From positions 5,816 to 69,815 of the forward strand of contig JBFWOJ010000018.1 of assembly GCA_050250575.1 (NCBI GenBank): 64,000 bases of DNA. The letters are read 5' to 3'. The notes beneath the pieces were generated by a model. The model worked only from the letters and a program-made list of their open reading frames with translations, did not search any database and was not told the origin of the DNA. Below, one piece after another: positions 1-9,766 of this stretch (positions within the stretch are counted from its first letter, which is position 1; the number at the start of each line of letters is the position of its first letter). Position numbers and translations under genes: made by a program. This stretch comes from Rhodospirillaceae bacterium. Its GTDB lineage: Bacteria > Pseudomonadota > Alphaproteobacteria > Rhodospirillales > Rhodospirillaceae.

Positions 1-497
1 TGATCCGGGGCATTCCCCGCCTTGAGGCCATGGTTGAGCAGAAACAGCAGGACCTGGATATGATGGCCGGCCGGCTGGTCACGGGGCCCTCCGGACTTAT
101 TCGCACCAAGGGCCATGAGCTCGCCGTCTTGTCGGCCAAGCTCAATCTCGACCGGTTCGGGCGCGACCTTATGCGCCATGGCCAGGAGATTGAGAACTTG
201 GCGCAGCGCTTCGCCCGTGCGGGCGCCCGTGCCGTGACCGACTGCACGGCCAAGCTCGAATCCCTCGCGGCACGCTTGGAGTCCAGCTCGCCTTTGAGCC
301 CATTGAAACGTGGTTATGCCTTGGTGCGCGACGCGGCGGGCGCTCCCATCCTTTCCACGGCCGGGGCCACACCGGGCGCGCTCGTCGAGATTGAGTTCGG
401 CGATGGCAAAGTCGGCGCACGCGTGGAAGGTGGCGGCGCACGGCCGCAAACCAAACCGGCCCGCAAACCGGATCCCGGCCAGGGGACGTTGTTATGA
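1..497 (+). CDS. xseA: Exodeoxyribonuclease VII large subunit, C-terminal part (5' end lies outside the window)
   Basis: The frame is open from nt 3 with no stop. The helical C-terminal region and the tail LSPLKRGYALVRD...GALVEIEFGDGKVGARV resemble XseA C-termini. The stop overlaps the next gene's start. Confidence 0.75.
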   Translation, partial: IRGIPRLEAMVEQKQQDLDMMAGRLVTGPSGLIRTKGHELAVLSAKLNLDRFGRDLMRHGQEIENLAQRFARAGARAVTDCTAKLESLAARLESSSPLSPLKRGYALVRDAAGAPILSTAGATPGALVEIEFGDGKVGARVEGGGARPQTKPARKPDPGQGTLL

Positions 498-1306
498 GGC
501 TTGCGCTGCTGTTCGGCGTTCTTCTGACCAGTCCGGCGCTCGCCCTCGATGTCACGATTGCGGGAAAGCTGGAACAGGGCGGCCTGGTCATCGGCACGGC
601 GCCCCCGGGATCGGCGATCACCGTGGGTCAGCGCCGTTTTCCCGCCGCCGCCGACGGTACGTTCCTGGTCGGTCTTGGCCGCAACGCGCCGGCCATACTC
701 GAAGTCAAAGTCTCCGCGCCGAACGGCGAGAGCGAAACGCTTACAGTTGCCGTGGCGCCGCGGGAATGGAAGATCGACAAGGTCGACGGTGTGCCGCAGA
801 ACCTGGTCACGCCGGATCCTGCGACGGAAAAAAGAATCGCCGAAGACAGCAAGCTGCTACGGCTCGCCCGCGCGAAGTTCTTTTCCGAACCCCTCTACGC
901 CACCGGCTTCATACGCCCTGCCGAAGGCCGCATCTCCGGCGTCTACGGCAGCCAGCGCATCCTCAACGGCGAGCCGCGCAACGTTCACGCCGGCCTGGAT
1001 ATCGCCGCGCCGACCGGCGCCCCGATAAAGGCTGCTGCCGACGGCATCGTCACGCTCGCCCAACCCGGCATGGTGCTGTCCGGCGGCACCGTGCTCATCA
1101 ACCACGGCTACGGTCTGCAGACGAGCTACATCCACATGAGCCGGCTTGACGTGGCGGAAGGACAGCGGGTGAAGCAGGGCGAGGTCATCGGCGCCATCGG
1201 CGCCACCGGCCGCGTCACCGGGCCGCACCTTCATTTCTCGGTCTTGTGGTTCGACACCAGCCTCGATCCCACGACGATCCTCGCGCTTCTGCCGGGGAAA
1301 GACTGA
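494..1306 (+). CDS. Secreted M23 (LytM-type) metallopeptidase
   Basis: There is an N-terminal signal peptide (MRLALLFGVLLTSPALA). M23 motifs are present: HAGLDIAAPTGAPIKAAADG and GATGRVTGPHLHF. Confidence 0.9.
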   Translation: MRLALLFGVLLTSPALALDVTIAGKLEQGGLVIGTAPPGSAITVGQRRFPAAADGTFLVGLGRNAPAILEVKVSAPNGESETLTVAVAPREWKIDKVDGVPQNLVTPDPATEKRIAEDSKLLRLARAKFFSEPLYATGFIRPAEGRISGVYGSQRILNGEPRNVHAGLDIAAPTGAPIKAAADGIVTLAQPGMVLSGGTVLINHGYGLQTSYIHMSRLDVAEGQRVKQGEVIGAIGATGRVTGPHLHFSVLWFDTSLDPTTILALLPGKD

Positions 1307-1374
1307 AGCGCGGTTTGTCTTCCGCTGGCCGGTGCTTATCTCAAAGGTAAGAAAGCCTTCCGAGGACAACTCCC

Positions 1375-2187
1375 GTGAGAACAGCACTCGCTCTTTTGCT
1401 TCTTTTCAGCTCTGCACCCGCCTCTGCCTTTGACGTCAGCATCGAGGGGCGATTGGAGCAGGGCGGTTTGGTGCGGGGAACCGCACCCCCGGGCTCGACG
1501 GTGCAATTTCGCAAGCACACGATCCCTGTTGCGCAGGACGGGACTTTTATCCTCGGCCTCGACCGGGATGCGCCGGCGACGGCGGAAATCGTCATCAAGA
1601 ACGGCAGGGAAACCGAGACGCGCACCATCGGAATCGCAAAGCGCGCCTGGGATCAGGAGCGGATCGACGAAGTCCCGCAGAACCTGGTGACGCCCGATCC
1701 GAAGACCGCCAAACAGATTGCCGAAGACAGCGCGCAGCTGCGCAAGGCGCGCGCGCGCCTTGTAGAGGAAGCGCACTATCGCACCGGATTCATCCGTCCC
1801 GCGGAAGGCGGGATCTCGGCAAAGTTCGGCAACTCCCGCGTCCTCAATGGTGAACACACCAACTTCCACGCTGGGCTCGATATCGGTGCGAACGAAGGCG
1901 CGCCGGTGCGCGCCGCAGCCGACGGCGTCGTCGCGCTTGTCGATCCCGACATGGTGCTCTCCGGCCAAACCGTGATGATCGATCATGGTTATGGTCTCAA
2001 GTCGACGTACATCCACTTGAGCAAGATCAGCGTGGCCGACGGCCAGCAGGTGAAGCAGGGCGAGGTCATCGGCGCCGCGGGTGCTACGGGCCGTGTCACG
2101 GGTCCGCACCTGCACTTCGGCCTGTCCTGGTTCGACGAACGCATCGACCCCGAGGTCGTGCTTGCCGCCTTGCCGGCGAAGAAATAG
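1375..2187 (+). CDS. Secreted M23 (LytM-type) metallopeptidase, tandem paralogue
   Basis: It has the same length (270 aa) as the upstream gene and is collinear with it. It has a signal peptide and the motifs HAGLDIGANEGAPVRAAADG and GATGRVTGPHLHF. Confidence 0.9.
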   Translation: MRTALALLLLFSSAPASAFDVSIEGRLEQGGLVRGTAPPGSTVQFRKHTIPVAQDGTFILGLDRDAPATAEIVIKNGRETETRTIGIAKRAWDQERIDEVPQNLVTPDPKTAKQIAEDSAQLRKARARLVEEAHYRTGFIRPAEGGISAKFGNSRVLNGEHTNFHAGLDIGANEGAPVRAAADGVVALVDPDMVLSGQTVMIDHGYGLKSTYIHLSKISVADGQQVKQGEVIGAAGATGRVTGPHLHFGLSWFDERIDPEVVLAALPAKK

Positions 2188-2260
2188 CTAGGCTCTCAGG
2201 TCTGTGCGGAATTGCGCGCGGCGATCAGATTTGTCGGCGCTATCTGTTCCCGGGCCGTCG

Positions 2261-3241
2261 TTAACTGCGTGTCCAAAGACGGTCGAGGAACGTGTCGAGT
2301 TCCGCCGGCTTCTCCCACGCTACATCTGCCGACAATACGTTCACCTGCTGACGCTGATCCGGCGCCAGGCGCACCGCGTCCTTTTCGGTGGTCACGGGTA
2401 CCGCGCCGATCGAATACGCCTCGTCGAGGATCGGCTGGATGTCGGTGACATCGAAGGCATAGTGGTCGTCGAAGGGATGGAAGGCGCTCACCCGCGCGCC
2501 GACCTCCACCAGCGAATGATAGAACTTTTCCGGATCGCCGATGCCCGCGAAGGCGACCACACGTTCGCCCGCGAGACGCGCGCGCTCGGGCCCCGGCACA
2601 AAATGCGCACGCAGCACCGGAAGGACGCGAGAGAGTTCCACGGCCAGACCGAGGCGATCCTCGCCCATGACGACCGCCGCTTGTGCGCGGGCGAGACCGC
2701 TGCGAATCGGCTCGCGCAATGGGCCGGCGGGAAACAGCCGCCCGTTTCCGAATCCCGTACGCCCATCGATCACGATCAGCGAGAGGTCTTTGGCAAGGCT
2801 CGCGTGCTGATGGCCGTCGTCCATCACCAGCACGTCGGCGCCGTCCGCCACGGCTGGCCCGGCCGCTTTGCTGCGGTCGCGTGAGACCCATGTCGCGCCG
2901 TTGCGGGCGTGAAGCAGGGCCTCGTCGCCCACCGCCTCGAACGTGTGGATGCGCGGGTCCACGCGCACCGGGCCCTTCAATTGACCGCCGTAGCCGCGCG
3001 TGATGACGGCAGGTGTTTTGCCGCGCGTTTGCAGCCGCCGGACAATGGAGGACACCACCGGCGTCTTGCCGGTTCCACCGGTGGTGAGATTGCCCACGCA
3101 GATCACCGGCATGCCGGCGCGCACCGACGGGGGCCGCAAGGCGCGGCGCGCGGTTATGCTGCCGGCGATCTGACCGAAGGGTTCGAGGAACCGCGCGAGC
3201 GGATTGTCGGTCTGCCAGAAATCAGGCGCGCGCATCGGCAA
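2261..3241 (-). CDS. lpxK: Tetraacyldisaccharide 4'-kinase
   Basis: The N-terminus reads APDFWQ and is followed by the P-loop VICVGNLTTGGTGKTP. The size (326 aa) is typical. Confidence 0.9.
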   Translation of the reverse strand: MPMRAPDFWQTDNPLARFLEPFGQIAGSITARRALRPPSVRAGMPVICVGNLTTGGTGKTPVVSSIVRRLQTRGKTPAVITRGYGGQLKGPVRVDPRIHTFEAVGDEALLHARNGATWVSRDRSKAAGPAVADGADVLVMDDGHQHASLAKDLSLIVIDGRTGFGNGRLFPAGPLREPIRSGLARAQAAVVMGEDRLGLAVELSRVLPVLRAHFVPGPERARLAGERVVAFAGIGDPEKFYHSLVEVGARVSAFHPFDDHYAFDVTDIQPILDEAYSIGAVPVTTEKDAVRLAPDQRQQVNVLSADVAWEKPAELDTFLDRLWTRS

Positions 3242-3935
3242 GTTCCCTAGGCCGAGGGGCAGGTGCGATGGGTGCGTGCCCGACCAGGCGGTCGGCCTCG
3301 GCGCTGACGCGGTTTAGCTCGGCTTCCAGCTGCGCGCGTGCCGTTTCGCCGCCCGTGCCGACGGAGATCGGCGGTCCCCACACCATCGCGCCTTCGCCGA
3401 AGGGAAGGGCGATGATCAATTTGTCCCAGGTGTTCATCACCACCCGCCGGCTGACAGAAACCGCAGCGGGCAGGATCGGCGCACCGGAAAGGCGGGCGAG
3501 CGCGATCGCGCCGTCGGAGGCGTGCATGCGGGGCCCGCGCGGGCCGTCGGGCGTGATGCCCACGGACACGCCGCTCTTGATCAGGCGTACCAGCGCGCGC
3601 AGGGCTTCGCTGCCGCCCCGCGTCGACGAGCCGGCCACCGTCTGGATGCCAAAATGCTTCACCGTGCGTGCAATCAATTGCCCGTCGGGATGGGAGGAAA
3701 TGAGCATGTGAAACGGCTGCCGCGACGGCCAGCAATAGGGCATCATCGCCAGCCGATTGTGCCAGAAGGCGACGATCACCGGCCGATCGCCGGCCCAGGC
3801 CGCCCGCGCGGCGTCGTCGCCCACGGCATGCCAGCGTGTCGTCCGCCGCACCAGCTCGATGTGCGCCGCCAGGGTTGCTCCGACCATGCGTTGCACGGCG
3901 GGTTTGCGGCCGACGCGTTTGAGAAGTTTGCCCAA
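3222..3935 (-). CDS. DUF374 / lysophospholipid acyltransferase-like protein
   Basis: The sequences FWHNRL...LISSHPDGQLIAR...GITPDGPRGP are typical of the DUF374 gene found upstream of lpxK in alphaproteobacteria. It overlaps the lpxK start by 20 nt. Confidence 0.8.
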   Translation of the reverse strand: MGKLLKRVGRKPAVQRMVGATLAAHIELVRRTTRWHAVGDDAARAAWAGDRPVIVAFWHNRLAMMPYCWPSRQPFHMLISSHPDGQLIARTVKHFGIQTVAGSSTRGGSEALRALVRLIKSGVSVGITPDGPRGPRMHASDGAIALARLSGAPILPAAVSVSRRVVMNTWDKLIIALPFGEGAMVWGPPISVGTGGETARAQLEAELNRVSAEADRLVGHAPIAPAPRPRELADARA

Positions 3936-4003
3936 AAGAAACCCGTAAGAGTGTACTCTAGGACAATATTAGGCGTTGTGTCGTCCTGCCACCCGAGAAA
4001 CAT

Positions 4004-4345
4004 ATGGGCTTTGCGCGAATTTTGGGTCTGATCGTGATGGCGCTGGGCGTGGTGATCGCCGCCCTGACGTTGTTGCGCACCGGCCCCGTCGATGTCTCGG
4101 CGCCGGAGGCGGAAGTTGCACCCGGTCCGGTGCCTCCAGTTCCGGTCGCCGCGCCGCGGCGCGCGCGCGAGGCCGAAGTGATGTCGCCTGCCGATATGTC
4201 GAGCCCTGCCGTGCTCACCGCCCGGGAGGCGGAAGAGGCCCAGCGGCGGTTCGAGAAAGAGGCGGATGAATCGCACATGATGGTGCCCGACATGGACCCG
4301 GCGGAGATGATGCCGCCGGACGTCGCGCCGCCGATGAAACAGTAA
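4004..4345 (+). CDS. Small membrane-anchored Pro/Ala/Glu-rich protein (hypothetical)
   Basis: It has one N-terminal TM helix (ILGLIVMALGVVIAALTLL) followed by a low-complexity tail. No family was recognised. Confidence 0.45.
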   Translation: MGFARILGLIVMALGVVIAALTLLRTGPVDVSAPEAEVAPGPVPPVPVAAPRRAREAEVMSPADMSSPAVLTAREAEEAQRRFEKEADESHMMVPDMDPAEMMPPDVAPPMKQ

Positions 4346-4349
4346 CGCG

Positions 4350-5402
4350 CTACTCTGCGGGGGCGGCGGTCGCCGCGATCGTGCGTTCAGGGAAAAACGA
4401 CCCCGGGGGGAATGGCCGCACGTTATCGAGAAACTGCGCGGTGCTCGCGGCCCATGAGTATTTCTCGGCGTGGCCGCGGCAGGCTTCGGACGAAACCTTC
4501 AGCGCTTCGCGCACGGCCAGGGCGAGGTCTTGATGCAGGCAGCCGACCGGCGCGTCGCCGATCACGTCGAGCGGACCGGCGACCGGATAGGCGGCCACCG
4601 GTACGCCGCACGCCAAGGCTTCCAACAGCACCAGGCCGAAAGTGTCGGTCAGGCTTGGGAACACAAAAACGTCGGCGGCGGCGTAGTAGCGGGCGAGCTC
4701 CTCGCCTTCCTTCATGCCGACGAAGTGCACGTCAGGATATTTTTTCGAAAGTTCCGCCATCTGCGGGCCGTCGCCCACCACGACCTTGCTCTTGGGTTCG
4801 GCCAGGGCGAGAAACGCTTCGATGTTCTTCTCCACCGCGACACGGCCGCAGTAGAGCGCGATCGGACGGGGCAGGTTGAGGAAACTCTTGTCGCGGGGGC
4901 GAAAGAGCTGCGTATCCACGCCGCGGCTCCAGCGTTTGATGTTCGAGAAACCGTTGCGCGTGAGTTCGTTCTCGACGGTTTGCGTGGCCACCATCACCGC
5001 CTGAGACGGGCCATGGAACCAGCGCATGCCTTTGTAGGTCCATTTCGCCGGGATCGGCGTGCGAGCCTCCACATACTCCGGAAACTTGGTGTGGTAGGCG
5101 GTGGTGAAAGGAATCCCTCGGCGTACGCAGTACCTTCGTGCAGTAAAGCCGAGGGGGCCTTCGGTCGCGATATGCACGACACAAGGCCGGAAGCTCTCGA
5201 TGGTCCGTGCCATCTTGCGGCCGGGAAACAGCGCAAGACGGATCTCCGGATAGGTCGGGCACGGCACGCTCCTGAATTGGTCGGGCGTGATCATCACCGG
5301 CTCATAGCCCCCGTGCATCAGATGCTCGCGCAGCGTCGAGAGCGTGCGGACGACCCCGTTCACCTGCGGATGCCACGCGTCGGTGACGATAAGGATGCGC
5401 AT
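4350..5402 (-). CDS. Glycosyltransferase, GT4 (GT-B fold) family
   Basis: The N-terminus MRILIVTDAWHPQVNGVV is present. The C-terminal EX7E-like region reads FVFPSLTDTFGLVLLEALACGVPV. Confidence 0.85.
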   Translation of the reverse strand: MRILIVTDAWHPQVNGVVRTLSTLREHLMHGGYEPVMITPDQFRSVPCPTYPEIRLALFPGRKMARTIESFRPCVVHIATEGPLGFTARRYCVRRGIPFTTAYHTKFPEYVEARTPIPAKWTYKGMRWFHGPSQAVMVATQTVENELTRNGFSNIKRWSRGVDTQLFRPRDKSFLNLPRPIALYCGRVAVEKNIEAFLALAEPKSKVVVGDGPQMAELSKKYPDVHFVGMKEGEELARYYAAADVFVFPSLTDTFGLVLLEALACGVPVAAYPVAGPLDVIGDAPVGCLHQDLALAVREALKVSSEACRGHAEKYSWAASTAQFLDNVRPFPPGSFFPERTIAATAAPAE

Positions 5403-5408
5403 ATGTGG

Positions 5409-6266
5409 CTAGCTCGCTGTCTCTTGGATGAGAGCCGTGAGATCGGGAAGCGGGCGCGGAGGTTCGCTGTGGCCCTCTTCCTCGACCGCGGACTCGGTCA
5501 GCGGTGCGCCGCGCATCTCGGCCCAATCGATGATCTCCCAGCGCCCATCGTAGTGCTCGGCAAGCGCAGTGCAGCTCTCGACCCAATCGCCGTCGTTGAG
5601 GTAGGCAATGCCTTCGATAGAGCGGATCTCGGCGTGATGGATGTGCCCGCACACGACGCCGTCGGCGCCGCGGTCATGGGCCATGCGCGCCATCGTCTCC
5701 TCGAAATTGGAGATGAACTGGACCGCGTTCTTGACCTTGTGCTTGAGGTATTTGGACAAGGACCAATACGGCAGGCCCATCATGCGGCGCAGCGCGTTGT
5801 ACCAGTTGTTCAGCGTCAGCGCGGCAACATAGGCGTGATCGCCCAGGATCGCCAGCCACTTTGCGTATTTCATCACGCCGTCGCATTCGTCGCCGTGCAT
5901 GACGAGGAAGCGCTGGCCGCTGGCGGTGACATGGATGTCGTCGCGCAGCACCTTGATCTGGCCGAATTCGTGATCGAGGAAGTCGCGGCCAAAAGAGTCG
6001 TGATTGCCGGGAATGAAGATGACCTCAGTGCCTTTGCGCGCCTTACGGAGCACCTTTTGCACCACGTCGTTGTGAGCTTGCGGCCAGAACCAGTTCTTCT
6101 TCAGGCGCCAGCCGTCGATGATGTCGCCGACGAGATAGAGCTTTTCCGATTCTGTTTGCTTGAGGAAATCGAGGAGAAAATCGGCTTTGCAGCCGCGCGT
6201 GCCCAAATGAATGTCGGAGATGAAAAGTGTACGGTACCGAAGCGGGCCAGCGATATCGCGCAACAC
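5409..6266 (-). CDS. LpxH-like calcineurin-type metallophosphoesterase (UDP-2,3-diacylglucosamine diphosphatase family)
   Basis: The motifs are ISDIHLG, VGDIIDGW, GNHD, MHGD and GHIH. It lies 6 nt upstream of the GT4 gene on the same strand. Confidence 0.8.
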   Translation of the reverse strand: MLRDIAGPLRYRTLFISDIHLGTRGCKADFLLDFLKQTESEKLYLVGDIIDGWRLKKNWFWPQAHNDVVQKVLRKARKGTEVIFIPGNHDSFGRDFLDHEFGQIKVLRDDIHVTASGQRFLVMHGDECDGVMKYAKWLAILGDHAYVAALTLNNWYNALRRMMGLPYWSLSKYLKHKVKNAVQFISNFEETMARMAHDRGADGVVCGHIHHAEIRSIEGIAYLNDGDWVESCTALAEHYDGRWEIIDWAEMRGAPLTESAVEEEGHSEPPRPLPDLTALIQETAS

Positions 6267-6409
6267 ATTCTCCTAAAACGTTACATGCGCGCTCTCCATC
6301 TATGTGAGGCCCCCTCGGCTGCCTAGGGGGCGAGCCCCTGTCTTCATGATCTCTTCACGGCGATGAAACAGAAGTGTCACTTCTTGGTGGAGTCTTGATA
6401 CTGTAAGGC

Positions 6410-7333
6410 GTGGAACCCATGAAAAATGCCGGCTCTGCGGGGGATTCCGCCAAATCGCCCCGTCACATATTTGCAATATTCAATCCGGCCGCAGGCCGGA
6501 ATCGGCGTCAGAAGTTCGACGCCGTGGTGAACCTCCTGCAAAAGGCAGGCTGCGCCGTGACCGTGCGCGCGACCGAGGCGCCCGGTCACGCCGAAACACT
6601 CGTGCGCAATCTTGCCCCCGGGGACTACGATCTCGTCGCCGCGGCCGGTGGCGACGGCACCATCAATGAAGTCGTCAATGGCCTTTCGGGAAAAGGCATC
6701 GGTCTTGGCATTATTCCGCTCGGCACGGCCAACGTCGTCGCCGACGAGATCGGCCTCAGGAAAGACATTCCCCTCGTCGCCCGCACGCTCGCGGAAGGGG
6801 ACATGCGTTCAATCCGGGTCGGCGTCGCGAACGGCCGCAGGTTCGTGATGATGGCGGGCGTGGGCTTCGACGCCAATGTGGTCAGCCGTGTTTCGCTCAA
6901 CCTCAAAAAGTTGTTGGGACCGCTCGCCTATGTTTGGACCGCGGGCATGCAAGGTTTCCGCGATCCGTTCGCACGTTGCGCCGTCATGATCGACGGCGCG
7001 CCTTACGCGACCATTTCGGTCGTCGCGTGCAATGGACGGCGCTACGGCGGCCCGTTCGTCGCCGCACCCAAAGCCGATCTTGCCGACGACAGCTTCGAGA
7101 TCATTCTCATGAAGGGTCGCGGGCCGCTGAGCGTTACGCGTTACGGCGCTTCGCTCGTCTTCGGCAAAGTTGCGATGTGGCCGGATGTGGAGGTGATTAC
7201 GGGGCGGGAGATCGTGATCGACGGCGCTGCCGGTCAGGCCGTACAGGCGGACGGCGACATCATCGCCGCGTTGCCGGTGAGAATCTCCCTCGATCCTGAG
7301 CCTGTGAAACTCGCGTTTCCGGTGGTTGTCTAA
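6410..7333 (+). CDS. Lipid kinase, diacylglycerol-kinase catalytic-domain family (YegS/BmrU-like)
   Basis: It has the GGDGTINEVVNGL motif and the IPLGTANV motif. It is divergent from the LpxH-like gene. Confidence 0.85.
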   Translation: MEPMKNAGSAGDSAKSPRHIFAIFNPAAGRNRRQKFDAVVNLLQKAGCAVTVRATEAPGHAETLVRNLAPGDYDLVAAAGGDGTINEVVNGLSGKGIGLGIIPLGTANVVADEIGLRKDIPLVARTLAEGDMRSIRVGVANGRRFVMMAGVGFDANVVSRVSLNLKKLLGPLAYVWTAGMQGFRDPFARCAVMIDGAPYATISVVACNGRRYGGPFVAAPKADLADDSFEIILMKGRGPLSVTRYGASLVFGKVAMWPDVEVITGREIVIDGAAGQAVQADGDIIAALPVRISLDPEPVKLAFPVVV

Positions 7334-8673
7334 GTTCCCGCGACCGTCATCCCATCGATCCGCACCGTCGGCGCGTCGATGCCGAATTGCAGCTCGAGAT
7401 CGTCTGCGGGCGTCAGCTGCTTGAACATGTCCTTCATGTTGCCGGCGACGGTAACTTCGCTGACGGGAAAGGCGCGTTCGCCGTTTTCGATCCAGAAGCC
7501 GACGGCGCCGCGGCTGTAGTCACCGGTGACCATATTGACGCCCTGGCCGACGAGGTCGGTGACATAAAATCCTTGTTTGATGTCGCTCATGAGGCCCTGC
7601 GGCGTGTGTCTGCCGGCGGCGAGGTAGACATTGGTCGCCGACGGACTGGGCGGACCGCCGGTACCGCGCGCCGCATGCCCGGTCGGCGCCAGCTTCAATT
7701 GCCGTGCCGAGCGCAGGTCGAGGATCCAGGAGGTGAGCACGCCGGCGTCGATCAGGTTGCGGCGCGCGTTGGCGATCCCCTCGGCATCGCACGGCTTCGA
7801 GCGGAGGCCGCGATGCCGGTGAGGATCTTCGACGATGGTAATGTGCTTGCTGAACACCTCCGTGTTCATCGCGTTCTTCAAGAACGTGGTTCCGCGGGCA
7901 ACGGAGGCGCCGTTGATCGCCGACAGGAAGGAGCTGATAAGCCCACGGGCCACGCGCGGATCGAAGATGATCGGGACTTTCTGGCTCGGCATCTTACGGG
8001 CGCCGAGCTTCTTGACGGCGCGCTCTCCTGCCGTTTTGCCGATCTCCTCGGGCGTGCGCAGATCGGCGAAGTACACGGCGGAGCTGTAATCGTAATCGGT
8101 CTCCATGCCTTCGTCGGCGGTTCCGGCAAGAACCGAGACGCTCAGCGACGAGCCTGACGAAGCATAGCTGCGCTGAAACCCGTTCGAAGCGACGATGGCG
8201 ACGCTGGAGCGGCCCCACGAGCCGGAGGCGCCATCGGAGTTGGTGACGCCATTGACCGCGCGCGCGGCTTCCTCGCAGGCCTTGGCACGTTCGATCAAAG
8301 TTTCCGCACTCACCTCGCTCGGATCGCAGATATCGAGCTGCGGCAGGGCGGTCGCCAACTGCTCGCGCGTCGCAAGACCGACGAACTCGTCTTCGGGCAC
8401 GGTTCGCGCCATGGCCACGGCCCGCTCCACCAGCTCCTTGAGCGCGTCCCTGGACCGGTCCGCGCTTGAGACGATCGCTTGGCGCTTGCCGACGAGAACG
8501 CGCAAGCCGACATCGCCGCCTTCGGAGCGTTCGAGCTGTTCCAGCTTGCCGAGCCGATACGTGATAGAGACCGAGGTACCGTCGGCGACGATGGCATCGG
8601 CTTCGTCCGCACCGGCCCTACGGGCGTCCGCGATGAGGTCAGAGAGAAGATTGAGAAGCGGATCGGTTGCCAT
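7330..8673 (-). CDS. pmbA: TldD/PmbA-family metalloprotease (PmbA-like)
   Basis: The full-length family pattern runs to the C-terminus ...FPVSEVTVAGNMKDMF...GIDAPTVRIDGMTVAG. I chose the start at internal M40 (MATDPLLNLL), which gives about 447 aa. The longer ORF reaches 8790. Confidence 0.8.
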   Translation of the reverse strand: MATDPLLNLLSDLIADARRAGADEADAIVADGTSVSITYRLGKLEQLERSEGGDVGLRVLVGKRQAIVSSADRSRDALKELVERAVAMARTVPEDEFVGLATREQLATALPQLDICDPSEVSAETLIERAKACEEAARAVNGVTNSDGASGSWGRSSVAIVASNGFQRSYASSGSSLSVSVLAGTADEGMETDYDYSSAVYFADLRTPEEIGKTAGERAVKKLGARKMPSQKVPIIFDPRVARGLISSFLSAINGASVARGTTFLKNAMNTEVFSKHITIVEDPHRHRGLRSKPCDAEGIANARRNLIDAGVLTSWILDLRSARQLKLAPTGHAARGTGGPPSPSATNVYLAAGRHTPQGLMSDIKQGFYVTDLVGQGVNMVTGDYSRGAVGFWIENGERAFPVSEVTVAGNMKDMFKQLTPADDLELQFGIDAPTVRIDGMTVAGT

Positions 8674-8982
8674 TTCTACGAGGTCCGGAAGGGAAAAAGC
8701 CGCGGCGGGAGACCACTTGTACTGTGCGCCGCGCGGGGCCGGAAGATTTTTCGTCAGGCCGTGCAATCGTGCAACACACCGGCGCAACACATTGGCGCGT
8801 CATGATTTAGGCGCGCGGTGCGCCGTGGCCTTCACGCCGCAAAAGTTGAACGCCGCTGCCGCCCTTGCGACTGGGCACGGAACGAGTTTTGTGGACCGGG
8901 GTTAGTCACCTCGTCCGCGGCATGGCGCCGGCAACAAGGGCCTGACGCGGATACACAGGGACAACGTTCGGAGGAACTCTTC

Positions 8983-9642
8983 ATGTATCGACGCTTCTTT
9001 GCTGTGGCCGCTGCGGCCGCCGCCTTCATGTTCGCGGGCGCTGCCTCGGCCCAACAAACATCCGTCGGCGTATCGGCCGGCACAACCGGTCTTGGTCTGG
9101 ATCTTGGTTACGACCTCAATGATGCGTTCGGTATGCGGGCCAACGGCAACTGGTTCAGTCTGTCGAAGGACGTGGAGTCGGACGGCGTCAATTACGACGG
9201 CAAGCTGAAGCTCAAGTCGCTTGGCCTCCTGGCCGACTTCTATCCGTTCGAAAGCGGTTTCCGCGTCACCGGCGGTGCCTACTACAACGACAATCACGTC
9301 CGGTTGAACGCGACGCCCACGGGCAACGTCAACATCGGTGGAACCAGTTACACCCCGGCGCAGATCGGCTCGCTCAACGGCGACGCCGACTTCAACGAGT
9401 TCACGCCGTACGCGGGCATTGGTTACACCACGAACCGCGGTGAACCCGGACTCTCCTTCGTCGCCGACGCCGGCATCATGTTCCAAGGCCGTCCCGAAAT
9501 CACGCTGGTCGGCACCGGACCGATCGCCTCCAGCCCGACTTTCCAGGCCGATCTCGCGCGCGAACGCGATCAGATTCGTGATGATCTCAAGTGGACGAGG
9601 TTCTACCCCGCGGTGCGCGTGGGCCTCGCCTACCGGTTCTAG
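8983..9642 (+). CDS. Outer-membrane beta-barrel protein (small OMP / OmpW-Opa-like)
   Basis: GGAGGA lies at 8970-8975, upstream of the ATG at 8983. The signal peptide is MYRRFFAVAAAAAAFMFAGAASAQQ. The sequence alternates in beta-strand fashion and ends in the C-terminal aromatic YRF. Confidence 0.8.
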   Translation: MYRRFFAVAAAAAAFMFAGAASAQQTSVGVSAGTTGLGLDLGYDLNDAFGMRANGNWFSLSKDVESDGVNYDGKLKLKSLGLLADFYPFESGFRVTGGAYYNDNHVRLNATPTGNVNIGGTSYTPAQIGSLNGDADFNEFTPYAGIGYTTNRGEPGLSFVADAGIMFQGRPEITLVGTGPIASSPTFQADLARERDQIRDDLKWTRFYPAVRVGLAYRF

Positions 9643-9732
9643 GCGCGCGGCCCCGAGAAGCCGATGCCGCTTTTCGCAGTAGGCCTTGCGCCAAATTATT
9701 GAATTACGCGCCTTGATCTCCTGGAAACTGAA

Positions 9733-9764
9733 AGGCCCCGACCTCGTGTCGGGGCCTCTTTTTT
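9733..9764. terminator. Rho-independent terminator between convergent genes
   Basis: The hairpin is AGGCCCCGAC-ctcgt-GTCGGGGCCT, followed by CTTTTTT. Confidence 0.65.
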
Positions 9765-9766
9765 GA

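Noticed and set aside
4470-6326. A 618-aa ORF on the + strand spanning the GT4 and LpxH-like genes.
   Set aside because: It is antisense to two genes with clear family motifs. It is Arg/Ala/His-rich with no motif, as is typical of a high-GC shadow ORF.
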